64,000 nucleotides of DNA from Guillardia theta CCMP2712 (GCF_000315625.1 NW_005434651.1:703177-767176); one strand, 5' to 3'. Counted from the first letter of the stretch, positions 1 to 13,235 are shown. Notes: generated by a model from the sequence alone, not told the origin. Translations and numbers: made by a program.

Positions 1-177
1 GAGAGGAGAGGAGAGGAGAAGAGAGGAGAGGAGAAGAGAGGACAGGAGAGGACAGGAGAGGAGAGGACAGGAGAGGAGAGGACAGGAGAGGAGAGGACAG
101 GAGAGGAGAGGACAGGAGAGGAGAGGACAGGAGAGGAGAGGAGAGGAGAGGAGAGGAGAGGAGAGGAGAGGAGGAGA
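1..177. repeat. (GAGAG/GACAG)n pentamer microsatellite, intronic
   Basis: Directly visible tandem gagag/gacag units. Confidence 0.95.
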
Positions 178-180
178 AGC

Positions 181-555
181 AGCACTTGTTAGAGGGGTCG
201 TATCCTCCAGACTGCTGGGTCCGATGGGAGTGAGCATGACGAACTGAAGGATCTTGTCGTCGCTCTTGACGGAGGAAGGATCCACCTGCGAGCAGAGTTG
301 AGGGATGTGACGAGAGAGGAGGCAGCGAGGGAGGAGAGAGAAGATGGAAGGAGGAGTGGAGGAGAAGAGATGGAAGAAGGAGGGAGAGAGGGGAGGGAGG
401 GGAAGAGAGAGAGGATACAGCAAGAGAATAGAGTAACACAAGGACAGGAGAACGAAGCAAAAGAGATGAGAGAGGGAACAAGGGAGGTGGCGGTGTGAGG
501 CAGTAGAAAGAGGAGGAGGGCGAGAAAGAAAGAAACGGAGAAAAGGAAGAGGAGC

Positions 556-589
<34 letters not shown>

Positions 590-1367
590 ATACATGACAT
601 GCACTTCACCTTGGACGGAAGTCCNNNNNNNNNNNNNNNNNNNNNNNNNNNNNNNNNNNNNNNNNNNNNNNNNNNNNNNNNNNNNNNNNNNNNNNNNNNN
701 NNNNNNNNNNNNNNNNNNNNNNNNNNNNNNNNNNNNNNNNNNNNNNNNNNNNNNNNNNNNNNNNNNNNNNNNNNNNNNNNNNNNNNNNNNNNNNNNNNNN
801 NNNNNNNNNNNNNNNNNNNNNNNNNNNNNNNNNNNNNNNNNNNNNNNNNNNNNNNNNNNNNNNNNNNNNNNNNNNNNNNNNNNNNNNNNNNNNNNNNNNN
901 NNNNNNNNNNNNNNNNNNNNNNNNNNNNNNNNNNNNNNNNNNNNNNNNNNNNNNNNNNNNNNNNNNNNNNNNNNNNNNNNNNNNNNNNNNNNNNNNNNNN
1001 NNNNNNNNNNNNNNNNNNNNNNNNNNNNNNNNNNNNNNNNNNNNNNNNNNNNNNNNNNNNNNNNNNNNNNNNNNNNNNNNNNNNNNNNNNNNNNNNNNNN
1101 NNNNNNNNNNNNNNNNNNNNNNNNNNNNNNNNNNNNNNNNNNNNNNNNNNNNNNNNNNNNNNNNNNNNNNNNNNNNNNNNNNNNNNNNNNNNNNNNNNNN
1201 NNNNNNNNNNNNNNNNNNNNNNNNNNNNNNNNNNNNNNNNNNNNNNTGACTCTGAAACCTCTCCTCCTCCCTCCTCCCTCCCTCCCTCCTCCTCCTCCTC
1301 CTCCTCCTCCTCCTCCTCCTCCTCCTGCTTGCTGCTCCTCTCCTGCTTGCTGCTCCTGCTCCTGCTT

Positions 1368-1404
<37 letters not shown>

Positions 1405-1861
1405 AGTTTCTTACCATTATCAACGTCGTTGTACTCCTTTGAAGTGAAAGGATCCGCAAGAGCGGCTGAGCCTTCGGCATTGACAGTCGCTGATCCAAGA
1501 ATCCTAGAGAAGAATGAGGAAGGGTAGGGAGAGCAGGAAGAGGAGGGCGATGAGGGGAAGGCGAAGACAAGGTTGAGGTCAGCTAGAAAGATGATGATGA
1601 TGAGGAGGAGGAGGAGGAGGAAGGCGAGGAGGAGTTCGAGGAGGAGGATGTTCACATGGCAGGGAGGACCAAGCTTGCTCGAAGAATGAAGGTTCTCCTG
1701 TCTATGCTGCTGTCTCGTTCCTCAACCATCCTCAGCTTCAGGGGCATGGAGCTTCTCCTCTGCCAGGAGCGCAAGGAGATTGGTGAACATGACGGAGTGA
1801 AGGCCATGGCGTTGTGAGAGGCTAGAAGGATCGTAGCCAACGTGAACAACCGAATCATCAT
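181..1861 (-). CDS. Thylakoid-lumen protein with tripartite (signal + transit + twin-arginine) presequence, possibly PsbP-domain; 3' end lies in or beyond the repeats/gap
   Basis: Exon 1861-1655 reads MMIRLFTLATILLASHNAMA-F (bipartite plastid leader) ... IDRRTFILRASLVLPA (Tat RR motif). Exon 1503-1415 reads MILGSATVNAEGSAALA|DPFTSKEYNDVDNG (AxA cleavage; Y-x-D-x-x-N-G resembles the start of PsbP domains). Further exons at ~624-594 and ~286-181. GT-AG junctions seen. Confidence 0.6.
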
Positions 1862-2167
1862 CTTCAGAAGTGCTGGGAAATTAGCTGATCCACGTGGTGT
1901 TGTACTACTTGTTGATCTTTTGTTGATCTTCTTGATCTTGATCTTGATCTTGTTCTTATTCTTCTTGTTGTTGTTCTTGTTTCTCCTTCACTCGCTTCTC
2001 GCTGTTTGCGGCGGATCCCTATCTGCCTTCTATGTCAGAACAAAACTTCTTGAGCTTATTCTCTTTTCAAATTAGCTTATTGTGTTTCACGCTGGTAACG
2101 TGCGTGGCCCCCGTAAATGCCAGCAAAAAGAGCATGAGGAAGAGGAGAAGGGAAGGGGGGGCGGGAA

Positions 2168-2181
2168 GGAGCAGCAGGAGC

Positions 2182-2235
<54 letters not shown>

Positions 2236-2308
2236 GGCAGGAGCAGGAGCAGGAGCAGGGGCAGGAGCAGGAGCAGGAGCAGGGGCAGGAGCAGGAGCAG
2301 GAGCAGGG

Positions 2309-2376
<68 letters not shown>
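2168..2376. repeat. (GAGCAG)n hexamer microsatellite with periodic GGGCAG variants, between divergent genes
   Basis: Directly visible. It produces the spurious EQ/RS/CS ORFs in the track. Confidence 0.95.
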
Positions 2377-2493
2377 GAGGTTGCAAGTGACGGAGACAAT
2401 ATTTGATGTTTATTTGATCCCCAGGCCACTGCATCTATCTCTCTAGTGAGCTAAGAGCAGCAGCAGCAGCAACAACAACAACAACAACGGAGC

Positions 2494-3951
2494 ATGGCGC
2501 GAGCAAAGCTCTTCGTCAGGACGACAGTCGTCTTCCTCTTCTTCGTCCTCACCAGCGCCCAGCTCGTCCTCGAGGACGTCCCGGTGGAGCAAGAGGACAA
2601 GAGGGCGCAGGGCGCAGGGCAGGCGGCAGATCCTATGACTCGCATGCTGCAGTGGGGAGTAGACCATACAGACAAGGAGACGCTGGCGGAGAGAGCGAGA
2701 GCTATCAGGGAGGGGAGAGCGCAGCCGACAAAGATCGACCGGGAGGTGATGGACGCGCTGTTCGGGACCAAGGTCAAGTTCCTGCAGAAGGTGGTAGAGC
2801 GGCTCCTGTCGTCGGTGCGGAGGGACGAGGCTGGGGAGCTAGTGGAGGTGCTGGAGGAGCTGGAGGGAGAGATCACCGACATTGACAACGCCAACGACCT
2901 TGATAAAGTCGGGGGCCTGCAACCAGTGCTGGAGCTCCTGTCTCACAGGGAGCGGGAGGTGAAGACGGCGGCGCTGTGGGTGGTGGGGACGGCGGCACAG
3001 AGCAATCCTGTGCTGCAGGAGCTGCTGGCGGGGAGACACATAATGGCGAAGCTCCTTGCACCGATGGAGGAGGCCGGGGCAGCAAAGGAGGTACAGGAGC
3101 TGGATCCAAAGCTGCTTGCCAAGTCGCTCTATGCTGTCTCGACGTTTGTGAGGGGGTGCAGGAGCTGCTTGGAGCAGTTCGTGGAAGGAGGAGGTGCGGG
3201 CTATATCAACTCCCTCCTCGCCCTCCTCTCCCGCAACTCCCCCGAGGTGCCTCAGGCTTGGCTGTCCCCTGCCAGGAAGACTGTCGCTCTCGTTGGTGAC
3301 CTTGTGCAGGAAGAGAACGCTCCGGTCAACCCCCTATCCCCCACTCCACCTCCCCCTTCCAGCCGCCTCACCTCCTCTGCCTGCCTGCTCCTCGTCCTCT
3401 GCATTCTTTATCCTTCGTTCGACTTTGTATTCTTTTCTTCCTCCCTTCTTCCTTCCGTTCAGCTCCATTTCTTTCTCCCCTTTCCTCACCGTCCTCCCCA
3501 ACCCCCCCCCTTCTCTGTCCCGTCCCTCCTGTCTCCCGCCACCTCCCCATCGCTCACAAGCGCGCAGGCTGCTACCTCTGCCCTCCTCACCAAGTTCACG
3601 GAGGCGGCGCCATCGGGGGGAGGAGGAGCGCATGTGGAGAAATCGTGTCGCTGCTGGGAGGAGGAGACCGGGAGCTGCAGGAGAAGAGCCTGCAGACTCT
3701 GATCGCCGTCCTCCGCGCCCGACCCTCTGCTCTCGGTAAGACCGCGTCTTTTCAACCTGCTCCCTGCGCTGACCAGGACGGCAGAGGCCATGGAGGCGGC
3801 AGGGGTGAAGAGTAAGGTACAGCAGGCGCTGGAGCACGCGCGCAAGGAGCTGGCCCGGGCAGACAACGACAAGTCGTGGGACGACATCGCTGTGCTGAGC
3901 GAGCAGTTTCTCAACATGATGAACAACAGCACAGCTGCTGCTGCCAAGTAG
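2494..3951 (+). CDS. ER-targeted Hsp70 nucleotide exchange factor, Fes1/HspBP1/SIL1 armadillo family
   Basis: Signal peptide MARAKLFVRTTVVFLFFVLTSA; MLQWGVDH (Fes1 N-motif); EITDIDNANDLDKVGGL and ALWVVGTAAQSNP (HspBP1/Fes1 hallmarks). Introns at ~3324-3567 and ~3735-3776; stop TAG 3949-3951. Confidence 0.85.
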
Positions 3952-4196
3952 AGCATCGGTGTATGTAACAAACTTGTAGATCTGCTCTTCTCGAATCACA
4001 AGGCGGAACTCCCTCCGCCACTTCAGCTGCTTCCCTCCTTCACGTCCTGCACACCCGCTCTCAGCCCCTCCCCTCTCCTCCTCCCGTCAGCTCTCGTCTC
4101 CTATTCTTCCATCTCTCTCCTCCCCCCTCCCCTCCTCCCGTCTCACTCCCCGCCTCTGCCTCACCCCCAGTCACCCTCTCTGCCTCTTCCTCTAGC

Positions 4197-4590
4197 TCAC
4201 CGAAGACTCGACTTGAGGTCTCTCGACCTCATCGACCCGAGCGCAGTTGTACTGATCGCAGTATCTGCCAGGAGGCTCAGCGAGTCAGACCAACAGCACG
4301 AGCTGAGAACCTGTGAGGACGCCGAGGCTTCCCGCATTTCTTACAAGGAACGATGGAGTAATCCCAACTGATGATCATCGTTATGAACATTCCTCCTCCT
4401 CCTCATCATCATCATCATCATCGTCATCATCGGAAGCGACAACAAGATCGCCGTCACATCGCATCTCCCTCCTCTCCGGTATCACATCCTCAACTTCAAC
4501 CCTTCCATCATCCTGATCATGTTCCCAACCGTTCCCGCCCCCCTCATCCTCTTCATCCTCTTCCTCCTCTACATCATCATCATGATCATG

Positions 4591-4622
<32 letters not shown>

Positions 4623-5209
4623 GATCATCATCATAGCTTTTGATCTCACTTCAACGCCTTCGGCGCATTCCGCACGTCACGTCTGAGAGAACGAGAGGGT
4701 CAGAGGGTTCGGACAGGTTCTGAATTCACTTACCTCGCTGCTGACACCCTCTTCTTAGGAACCGCAAACCACAACCCATCCAGCAGCTGCTGCAGCTGTC
4801 AGAGGAGCCCCAGCACAGGAGCAGGAGACGGTGACCTCGCTCAGCCTCTCAGGCAGGGAAGGCGATGAGATCGCTGACTCCGAGCACGCCGAGCTCCTGT
4901 GGAAGGAGTCAGATGCCATGGGGGCCAGACGGACTAGCTCACGTCTCATACGACAGCATCAAACGCTGCTGAGGCCTCGGGACCAGCCTCTCCGCCCAGA
5001 ACGCAAACCTCTGTGTCAACCTCTGCCATGCCATCAGCGGACTTAGGGCACAAGTTGCTCGTGGGAGGAGTTTCTGTATGGTTGGGCCGACATGCGACAT
5101 GGGCAAGAGCAAGAGTCAGCCCCACTCGGCTCATCGTCCTCAGAGTTGGGAGGGAGCAGGCATCTCTTTCTGAACACCAACGCCCCTTGATCTCGCACCG
5201 TACCATCAT
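4197..5209 (-). CDS. Hypothetical multi-exon protein; boundaries uncertain
   Basis: Minus-strand donor/acceptor signals flank short coding-like blocks (e.g. VLSSCCWSDSLSLLADTAIST at ~4310-4200). No recognisable domain. Confidence 0.3.
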
Positions 5210-5764
5210 TCTGTTCTATCTGGCTTGTTACTCCTATCTTCACTGAAGCTCATCCACTAGGTTCTTCTATGACTCCCTGTGTCCTCCTCTCCTCCTCTTC
5301 TGCTCAAATCCTCTGGATATCCTCCTTCCCCCCTACCAACCCCCCTCGTCTATCCCAACCTCGTCCTCTTTAACCCTCTGCTATGACCGATCTCGTTGAC
5401 ATGCCGTGTAACACTCTCCCCCGACTCCTCTCCTTCATCTCTCCTCCTCGTTCCCTCCTTGATCTTCCTCCATGGGATCCTCCTCGGTTTTGCTCCTCTC
5501 CCTCCTCCTTCTCCCCTCCTCCTCCTCCTCTCCCCTTCTGATCCCCTCTTGCTTACCTTCAGCATAGCCGCACGCCCTAATTTTCTGAGTGGGGTTGGGG
5601 TCTACAGTCAGAAATTTATAGGGGTACCTCTCATAAGTTGGGGGTCATTTGATATGAAAACATATCTAAACAACACGGGTATGTTTCGTATTTTTGCAAG
5701 TTTTAGGGGTAGGGGTAGTAAAACAAGGGGTGTACATCAGGGGTAGTCAGAATTGTGGAGAGCC

Positions 5765-6350
5765 ATGGTGGATAGAGAGGAGCTGGAGGCGGGGGGGGGA
5801 GGGGAGGAGACGAGATAGAGGAAGAGGGCAGGAGAAGAGGAGGAAAGAGCAGAGAGATGGTGATAGCTGTGACGAGATCTCGCTAGCGACAAGTTGAGTG
5901 AGAAGAGAGAAGGAGGAGAACTTGAAAAGTTTCGATGAAACGTCGTCGGGTGTTGTTACACCGTGGTGTGAACTGACGTGCGCGTGTAGACACAATCTCC
6001 TCCAATGATCTTCCAGATCCTTGAGAGGCCTCGACCAGACCTCTTCAGCAATGCAATCATCGACAAGTGCTTCGCTGACGTGAGATGCTTGCTGGTTGTC
6101 TAGTTTGTCGTAATGCCTCACCTTACCAGTATGGCGCGGAAGATGAAGTGAAGGCATGCATCGAGAAGCTGCATGGCGACAAGCAGGTGATAGTCGCCCA
6201 AGGCGGTCGACATGGCGGTCGACATGCTGACTCTTCATTGCGCAGTCCATGGATCCTGCCAGCGGGGGACCGAAGGTATTGAACAACACATACAGCATGT
6301 GGCATCAGCCGGCGCAGGTTCGGCCGACGAGCATGCTGAAGCCGAAGTGA
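5765..6350 (+). CDS. Small hypothetical multi-exon protein; start uncertain
   Basis: In-frame spliced exons ILERPRPDLFSNAIIDKCFAD | YGAEDEVKACIEKLHGDKQ | SMDPASGGPKVLNNTYSMWHQPAQVRPTSMLKPK* separated by short GT-AG introns. Confidence 0.45.
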
Positions 6351-6614
6351 CGCTGAGTTGATGCAGGAATGGACAGTCGTGGGAAGTTAACTCGAGAAGA
6401 TGTGAATGAAAGTAGACGGGCAGGGGAAAGCAGACAATTCCTTTGTTCAAATTTGTGTTTTGTTAGTGATTACGTCAAACCCTGTTGATTCCTCTGTTGC
6501 CTGCCTCTTGCATAATAACTTGTCAACATGTCAACATGTCATGAGCTAGATCTGATCTCAAATATCCTCCTCCATCTCATGCTTCCGATCCAGGATGCAT
6601 CATCTGCCGCAGTG

Positions 6615-9600
6615 TTAGGGAGGAGGGAGGAAGTGGGAAAACAGCCTGACCGATGCGACGGTGCCGATGATTGCGCAAACGACACCCACCATGGTGCCAG
6701 CGACGTTGATGATCCTCTCGAACCAGGAGATCTGAGGAAGGAAGAAGTTAGAGGAGGAGGAGAGGGCGAGGAGGAGGAGGAGGAGGAGGGCAGCGCTGAC
6801 GGGCAGAAATTAAGGGAGAGATGGGAGATAAGAGGGGAGGGGAGGGGAGGAAGCGAAGGATGATAGAGAGAAGGAGGAAGAGAGGGAGAGGAGGAAGGGG
6901 GCGGGCAGGAGGAGGAGGGGGCGGGTAGGAGGAGGAGGGAGAGACCTCGTTCCAGAAGAGCTTCACGTAGCACCAGCAGGGGAAGGTAACGGAGATGGTG
7001 AAAGCACAGAGAGAGCCCATGACGCCGAGAACCTGAGGGAAGGAGGANNNNNNNNNNNNNNNNNNNNNNNNNNNNNNNNNNNNNNNNNNNNNNNNNNNNN
7101 NNNNNNNNNNNNNNNNNNNNNNNNNNNNNNNNNNNNNNNNNNNNNNNGGCAGACTCAGGGCAGGGCAGTGAGGGGAAGGGGGCGAAGTCAGGACAAGGAG
7201 AGGAGAGGAGAGGAGAGGAGAGGAGAGGAGAGGAGGAGGAAGAGGAGGGAGGGAGGGTTACCATGATTAAGCCGATCACTTTCGTCAGCGAGTCCAAGTG
7301 AATGTCGTCGGTCGGGGATGGACGAATCAAACTTCCCGTGCAAGGAGCACTGTGACCCGCGACAGCGTGAGATAAATGAAGGAGGAGGAAATCATCATCA
7401 TCATTATCATCACCATCACCACCACCACCACCATCACAATCATCATCATCCGTCTCCATCGTCATCGTCATTGTCGTCGTCATCATCATCGTCACCATCA
7501 CGATTATTGACATCAAGATCGATGATTCGACCTCACCTGCAGTACTTCTGGTTGGGAGGAATGCTTTCCCACAGTCCGGTGATCGCAACCCCTGAAGGAA
7601 ACATGCTCAGCAACTTTTACCCTCCCCTCTTCTCCCTCCTTCTTTCATCTCCTCTCGTGTTTCCTCTCCTTCCCAATCCTTCTTTTCAATACGGTTATCC
7701 TTACCCCACCTTGGCCCACCTTCCCTCCTCCTCTCTCTCTCCTCCACTGCTCTCCTCCTCTCTCTCTCTCCTTCACTGCTCTCCTCCTCTCTCTCTCCTT
7801 CACTGCTCTCCTGCTCCTTTCTTACTCCCTCCTCCCAAACTCACCGACCAACAGCATGATAGAAGAGAAGACGCCGAGAGCACTGAAGTAAGACAACCAT
7901 GACAAGTTCCGGAGCAGAACTGATGGCAAGACCAGGCATGTGTCACCAACACGAACAGGACAACAACGATGCAAAAAAGCAGCTTGCGATGATCAGCACG
8001 AGTGTAGCGCAGGTGTGAACATCGTCACGATCAATTGGGTTGAGATGAAGCTCGACATGAAGACAACTCTCATCAACCTGTTGGTAGGAAGAGGACCGCG
8101 GACAGGACCATGAAGTCTTGCCTCGCCCAATCTTGAAACACCTGCAAGAAATCCCTCCGAGTGAACAGGTCGCACATACCAGGTTCGCATCGCTACCGCG
8201 ACATTTGCAAACTGATGATGCAGATTCTCTCCTTCGATGATCAAGTAACACAGCAGTAACTGTGACGACAACAGTCAGGATTTCACTCCCCGACTTCTCC
8301 ATCGTAGCACCCGAAAGTTTCAGCAATGAATAAGATAGAGATGAATAGTTTCCCCCAGTTCCCGAAGACAACATAACCTGTCAAAGAGATCAACTGCACG
8401 TCAACCGTACCAATCTGTATGTCTTGCCCATATCATGAAACCCATAGATAGTGTAGGCCCCCGGTCCCTCACGAAGCTTGCTCTTCGGGGTATACTCTGA
8501 TAAGCAGGGTTAGGTTTCCTCCCAGCATCATCCTCTACAACTTTCTTGTCTCCACAACCACCACCGATACCACTTCTACCTCCACCACCACAAACACCAA
8601 CACCTTCGTCTCCTCCAATACCTTCTAATCCTCCAAAACATCATCATCATCATCATCATCATCATCCACAGGTGCCGCTGCTGCTATGCTGCAGCATCCT
8701 CTCCCCTACAATCCCCGCCATAATATCGAACATCGTGATTGCTCCATCATCACAATCTCAACAACGTCCATCGATTACCAACAGCAGACAAAGGACAAAC
8801 CTTGCAGTCGACCCAGCAGCTTTGCCGTGTAGCAAGTAAAGAGAGAAAAGATGAGGAGGATGACCATCCCGAACCATCCTGATGCAAGCAAGCGCTTTCA
8901 AAACAACAACACCTCATCCTCCTCCTCCTCCTCCTCCTCCTCGTCGTCCCTCCTCTTCCTCCTCCTCCTCGCATTTTACCTGCAAGTCTCATAGCGTACG
9001 GCAAACTCAACAACCCAACTCCCATCAACAGGTTGAGGGCGTTGAAGACAGTCTTGCGACTCCATCAGCGACCGCAAGCAGCACACGGACAGCACAAACC
9101 TGTCCGAACGAGGAGAGAGCGACTTCTCCTGTCGCGGATATCCTTGCCGACGATCGTCCACTTCATCATAACAAAAGGTCAGCAAGTTCGTCTAGAACAA
9201 GCACATTTTATTCACCTTCCTCCCATGATGTCATGATCGGACAACAGACTCTCTGTCTCTGCTGCATACTGACCCAGCCCTCCTGATCATCGTGTTGAGC
9301 ATTACGGCACACCGCACAATCCTCTTCTCTGCATACTCTGCGCTACATCAAAGTCCTCCAACGACTTCAATCCTGACACAACCGTCAGACTTCTCAGAAC
9401 CACAGCATGCGGCGTCACCGATGTTCTTCATGTGCGAGCCCGAGCTCTCCTATCACCACAGTCACCACAAGCGCCACCAGCCGCCGGCGAAAGTTTCACC
9501 CTCATCAACATCAACGAGTTGGAGCGCGACGAATGCTCGCCAGTCTCCCTCGCCTTCCAGTTCATCTCAGCACGCAGAAGCAGCGCAGACGGGACACGAC

Positions 9601-10189
9601 TCGTCACCTCCTGCGACGTGAGGGACGTGCTGAGGATGGGAGGCTGCGCCGAGGCATGCGATAGCGACCTGCAACTAGTATCAGAAGAGCAGGAGGACAC
9701 GATGCCCGGGCTTGCCTCGCCCTCTGCTCCTCCATGGGGTCTGCTGACATGGTCTCGCTGTAAACCCAGGGGGAGCGACTCTTGAGCAAGTACTGCAAGC
9801 CTGTCAGCAGAGGTTCTGTGCATGATCCGAACGAGCGATCGCAACACAGCAGGACCAAGACGTCACTCCTTGTCTCCTTCCTCCTCCCCTCCCCCTGCCT
9901 ACCTCACTTTCTCACCCCACTCCCTCCTCCTCAACGAAATACTCCTCCTCCTCCTCACCACCACCACCACCACCATCCGCATCCTCTCAATCATCAACAT
10001 CATGCATGAAGGAAGTGAGACAGGAGGACTGAGCAAGGGTCCTGCACTCACCGACATCTCCAGTGATCGTGAAACAGCGTCGACCCATGACCCAGCCTCC
10101 GGCATACTCTCCTCTCCCATCCCTTCCTCTTCTCGACCCGCTCCTCCCGAGATCGGGAATGGCCGGGTCTCTCGAGACGGGTCTGCCAT
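6615..10189 (-). CDS. Amino-acid transporter, Aa_trans/AVT1-like (vacuolar), multi-exon
   Basis: VFNALNLLMGVGLLSLPYAMRLAG (Aa_trans TM1 motif); HAVAGHSA (A-x-x-GH motif); long hydrophilic N-terminus; last exon ISWFERIINVAGTMVGVVCAIIGT...*. Contains an N gap. Confidence 0.85.
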
Positions 10190-10679
10190 GTTGCCTGCAA
10201 ACCACGAGTCAACCCTGTTGCACTGACATGCACGTTTTAGTCGCCATCGTCTTTCTTTCTCCTCCTCTATGACTGTGCCGGTATGTGCACGATGAGTGCC
10301 AACATCTTCAACCCGAGCGCACAGCAGAGCGACGGAGAGTCTATCGCTAGTGTTGCATGACATCCCTGCTCTGCTTTCTCTCCTGTACATATTTCCATCG
10401 AATTCCCTCCTGCTAATCCTATTCCTTCTGTTTCTCCTCCTTCTACCCCTCCATCGTCATTGTCACCATAACCACTACAATCTCAATCTTTTCTTCACTA
10501 TCACATCCCCAAGATCAGTAACGTGAACACCCTTCATCCTGACTCCTACGTCTATCCTCCATCGCCTTGGTACCCCTACTACGTACCGCAGGGGACTGTT
10601 ACTACTGAAGTTTTACTCATAAAAAACGAAAAGAAAGAAACACAAAAAAAACGCAAAAAAGAGGCTTTGAGAGGTCCTA

Positions 10680-11600
10680 TCCCGGGATCGGCGTACCCTG
10701 GCAGCCCTGACGGCGGCCGGCCCGGGCCCCGGGCCGGCCGGGCCCGGTCGGACGGTACCGTACGGTCCGTGGCAGCGTGACAGGCTACTCAGTCTTTTCT
10801 CAGTACTATGGAAAGCACAGCTCGGACCGTCTCCGGGCCCGGGATCAGGCCCCCGGCGTCCCCAAGCCCCGGGCCACTGACCGGCGTCTGGCACTCGTCC
10901 CGAGTCCGCCGGGCCGGGCCGAGTGATCCGAGTCAGCCTCCGGGGAGCCGCGCTTCCGGCGGCGTACCGATCAGCTGTGGCCCGGCGCCGGCCGTCCCGG
11001 AGTCCCATCCGGAGTCCCCGAGTCACCGTGGCACTGCTGGCCAACCGGCGTCCCGGCGCGGCCGGGCGAGTACGGTCCGAGCTGGCACGGTCCGATTCGA
11101 ATCAACTGAGTTGAGCGGATCGGATCATGATCATGATGGTGGCGTGACGGACGGTCGCCGGGCCCGGGCCGCCCCCGGGCCGGTGACCGACCGCCGGCGT
11201 CACACTCGCCTCCCGGAGTCACTGAGCAGCCCGGCGGCCCGGGGCCCCATCTGCCGCCGCCGTGCCTGCACGGTGTCACTGTGACCGTCACTGCGCGGCC
11301 GCGCGGCGCCGCATCCCGGCGCCGTCCGACCCGGCCGCGCGATCGACAGGCCGCGGAGTCCAGTGCTTCGGAGTGAGAGGCTTAGCGGCGGCAATTGCGG
11401 AAGTTCAAACTTGCTTGATTGAGCGACTCAGGCCACGGTCGGATTGAATGGCAATGCTGCCGCCGCACGCCTGCCAGTCACTCCTGCCATCATCTCATCC
11501 CGGACGGCCCCCGGGCCCGGGCCCGGGCCGGGCGGCGGCCCGGCCCTCCCGGCGGGAGGCCCTCGCCGAGTCGCGGCTCCGGCGAGCCTGAGGTGATGTC
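10680..11600. promoter_or_regulatory. GC/CpG-rich island dense in CCGG/GGCC/CCCGGG palindromes in a divergent intergenic region
   Basis: Composition is directly visible. Lies between the 5' ends of the transporter (-) and the 13236 gene (+). Regulatory role is inferred. Confidence 0.45.
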
Positions 11601-13235
11601 ATGAAAGGGGGTCGTAAATCCGATCGGCATTTAGTATTACGGGATGAGACCCTTGAGTTACGATGAGAGACAGATAAAATTAATAAATATGAAACAACGT
11701 GAGTTTAGGGGTTCATATATTATTTGTAGGTTAATTTGTACCTACTATAATGGTGGTTTATTGCGGATACATTTTTTAAAAACAGATGGGTCACGGGACA
11801 CAAAAACAGAGTCCGGGCCGTATCTGAGAGTTTATACACTTTTTCAAATATTATCCCTAAATTTCAAGTATTGTTTCATTTATTTCAACTACAAGCACTC
11901 GCCCCCCGTCGCCCCCCATCCTTTCCCCTTCGATCACCCACCCTATCATATCGTAGGGAAATACACCCTACCCCACTCGTTGAACATCTACCCATCCACA
12001 TGACCTCCGCGTTTCCATCGACGCCTCTGCTGCAAAATTCTCTGAACTCCACATATCAAAAGTCTCTTGAATCCTCTACCGGACGTATACCCTCCCTCTT
12101 TCCACTACCCCCACCCACCAACACCAATGAACCACCTTGCTTACATAATCAAACCTTCCGTTCTACCCCCTATCGCTCAGATCCGTAGAAGTCTGATCGT
12201 ACCCCCACCCTCGAATTTCAGATGACCGACTGCAACTACCCATCTCATCATATGATTGTACCCGGTACTTCCACTTTCACTGTTGTCACACACCCTGCTT
12301 ATTTGTACCCCACCATGGCCCTCAGTTTTAGAACGAATTTTAAGGGGGTTTGCCTAAAAGTATTATAGTAGTATCTCAACAACCCCAAAGATACGACCCC
12401 CACCCCCTACCCCTCTTGTTGCATCACTACCCCATTGTCCTAGTACCCTACCCTAATTTTTCAATGCATTCAATTCGATGAAATACCGGTGATCAAGTAC
12501 GTATACCAATCGTCAGATCACCCTACCCTTTATTGCCCATTCCATTTTCCATCCCCCTCGAGCAAGGAATTTCAGGGACGTTGTGAATGCAGCGAGTAGA
12601 AGGCCAATGGTTGACGAAGAGAGACAGAAAGCGACGGGAGGAAAGATGGAGACGATAGGAAGATGAAAAGACAAGAGAGCCTGAAAGTGCTGATGGAAGA
12701 GAGGCAGATTCAGAATCACGGGGAGAGCGATATAGGGAGAAAAGATTGAAAAGGTCAAAGCTTTGTGAGTCCAGACTCAGGTATACATAGAAGGAAGGCT
12801 ACCAACAATCTTTTTGAGATACAAATGAGAATCACAAGAAAATGACATAATTGAGAATTGATCGCAATGAGTTTGGCGGTTGCCAGAGAGTATAAACAAA
12901 AGCAATCAAGGAACTTGGATCAGGATGAAGGGTGGAAAGGTACTGATCACAGTCAAGGCAAACAGGAATAAGGTAGAAAACGTATTGCTGTCGATTTTGT
13001 GGTGCGTAGAGCCCATCAAAATAGAACATGATTCTTCTAAGGGTGCGAAAATCAAAGAGTGGGGGAGTGTGGAGGTATTTGAACATCAAAGTGCAGAATA
13101 CGGAGGGTTAAAGCACAGTTTCTAGAAATGATACGTTGTATGTAGGCTGACTTTCTTATCAGGTTGCTAAAAGATTTGTTCAAGAGGCTTTTCCCGGATA
13201 TCAGTGATGCTAGTCTTGTGCGGCCTTGCCTGAAG

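Noticed and set aside
594-2434. Long ORFs of poly-X, poly-L, (EQ)n, (RS)n and (CS)n
   Set aside because: They are read-through of N gaps and GAGCAG/CCT microsatellites, not SR or metallothionein-like proteins.
5700-5720. Interstitial telomere array
   Set aside because: Only isolated TTTAGGG-like words, no tandem array. Treated under the GGGGTA motif finding.
10523-11604. Arg/Pro/Gly-rich ORFs in the GC islands (also 52606-52930 and 55366-55953)
   Set aside because: Stop-codon scarcity from extreme GC content, overlapping frames on both strands, and no domain or splice support.
12513-13125. Possible decayed transposon or gene fragment
   Set aside because: Short interrupted ORFs with no recognisable RT, integrase or transposase motif.
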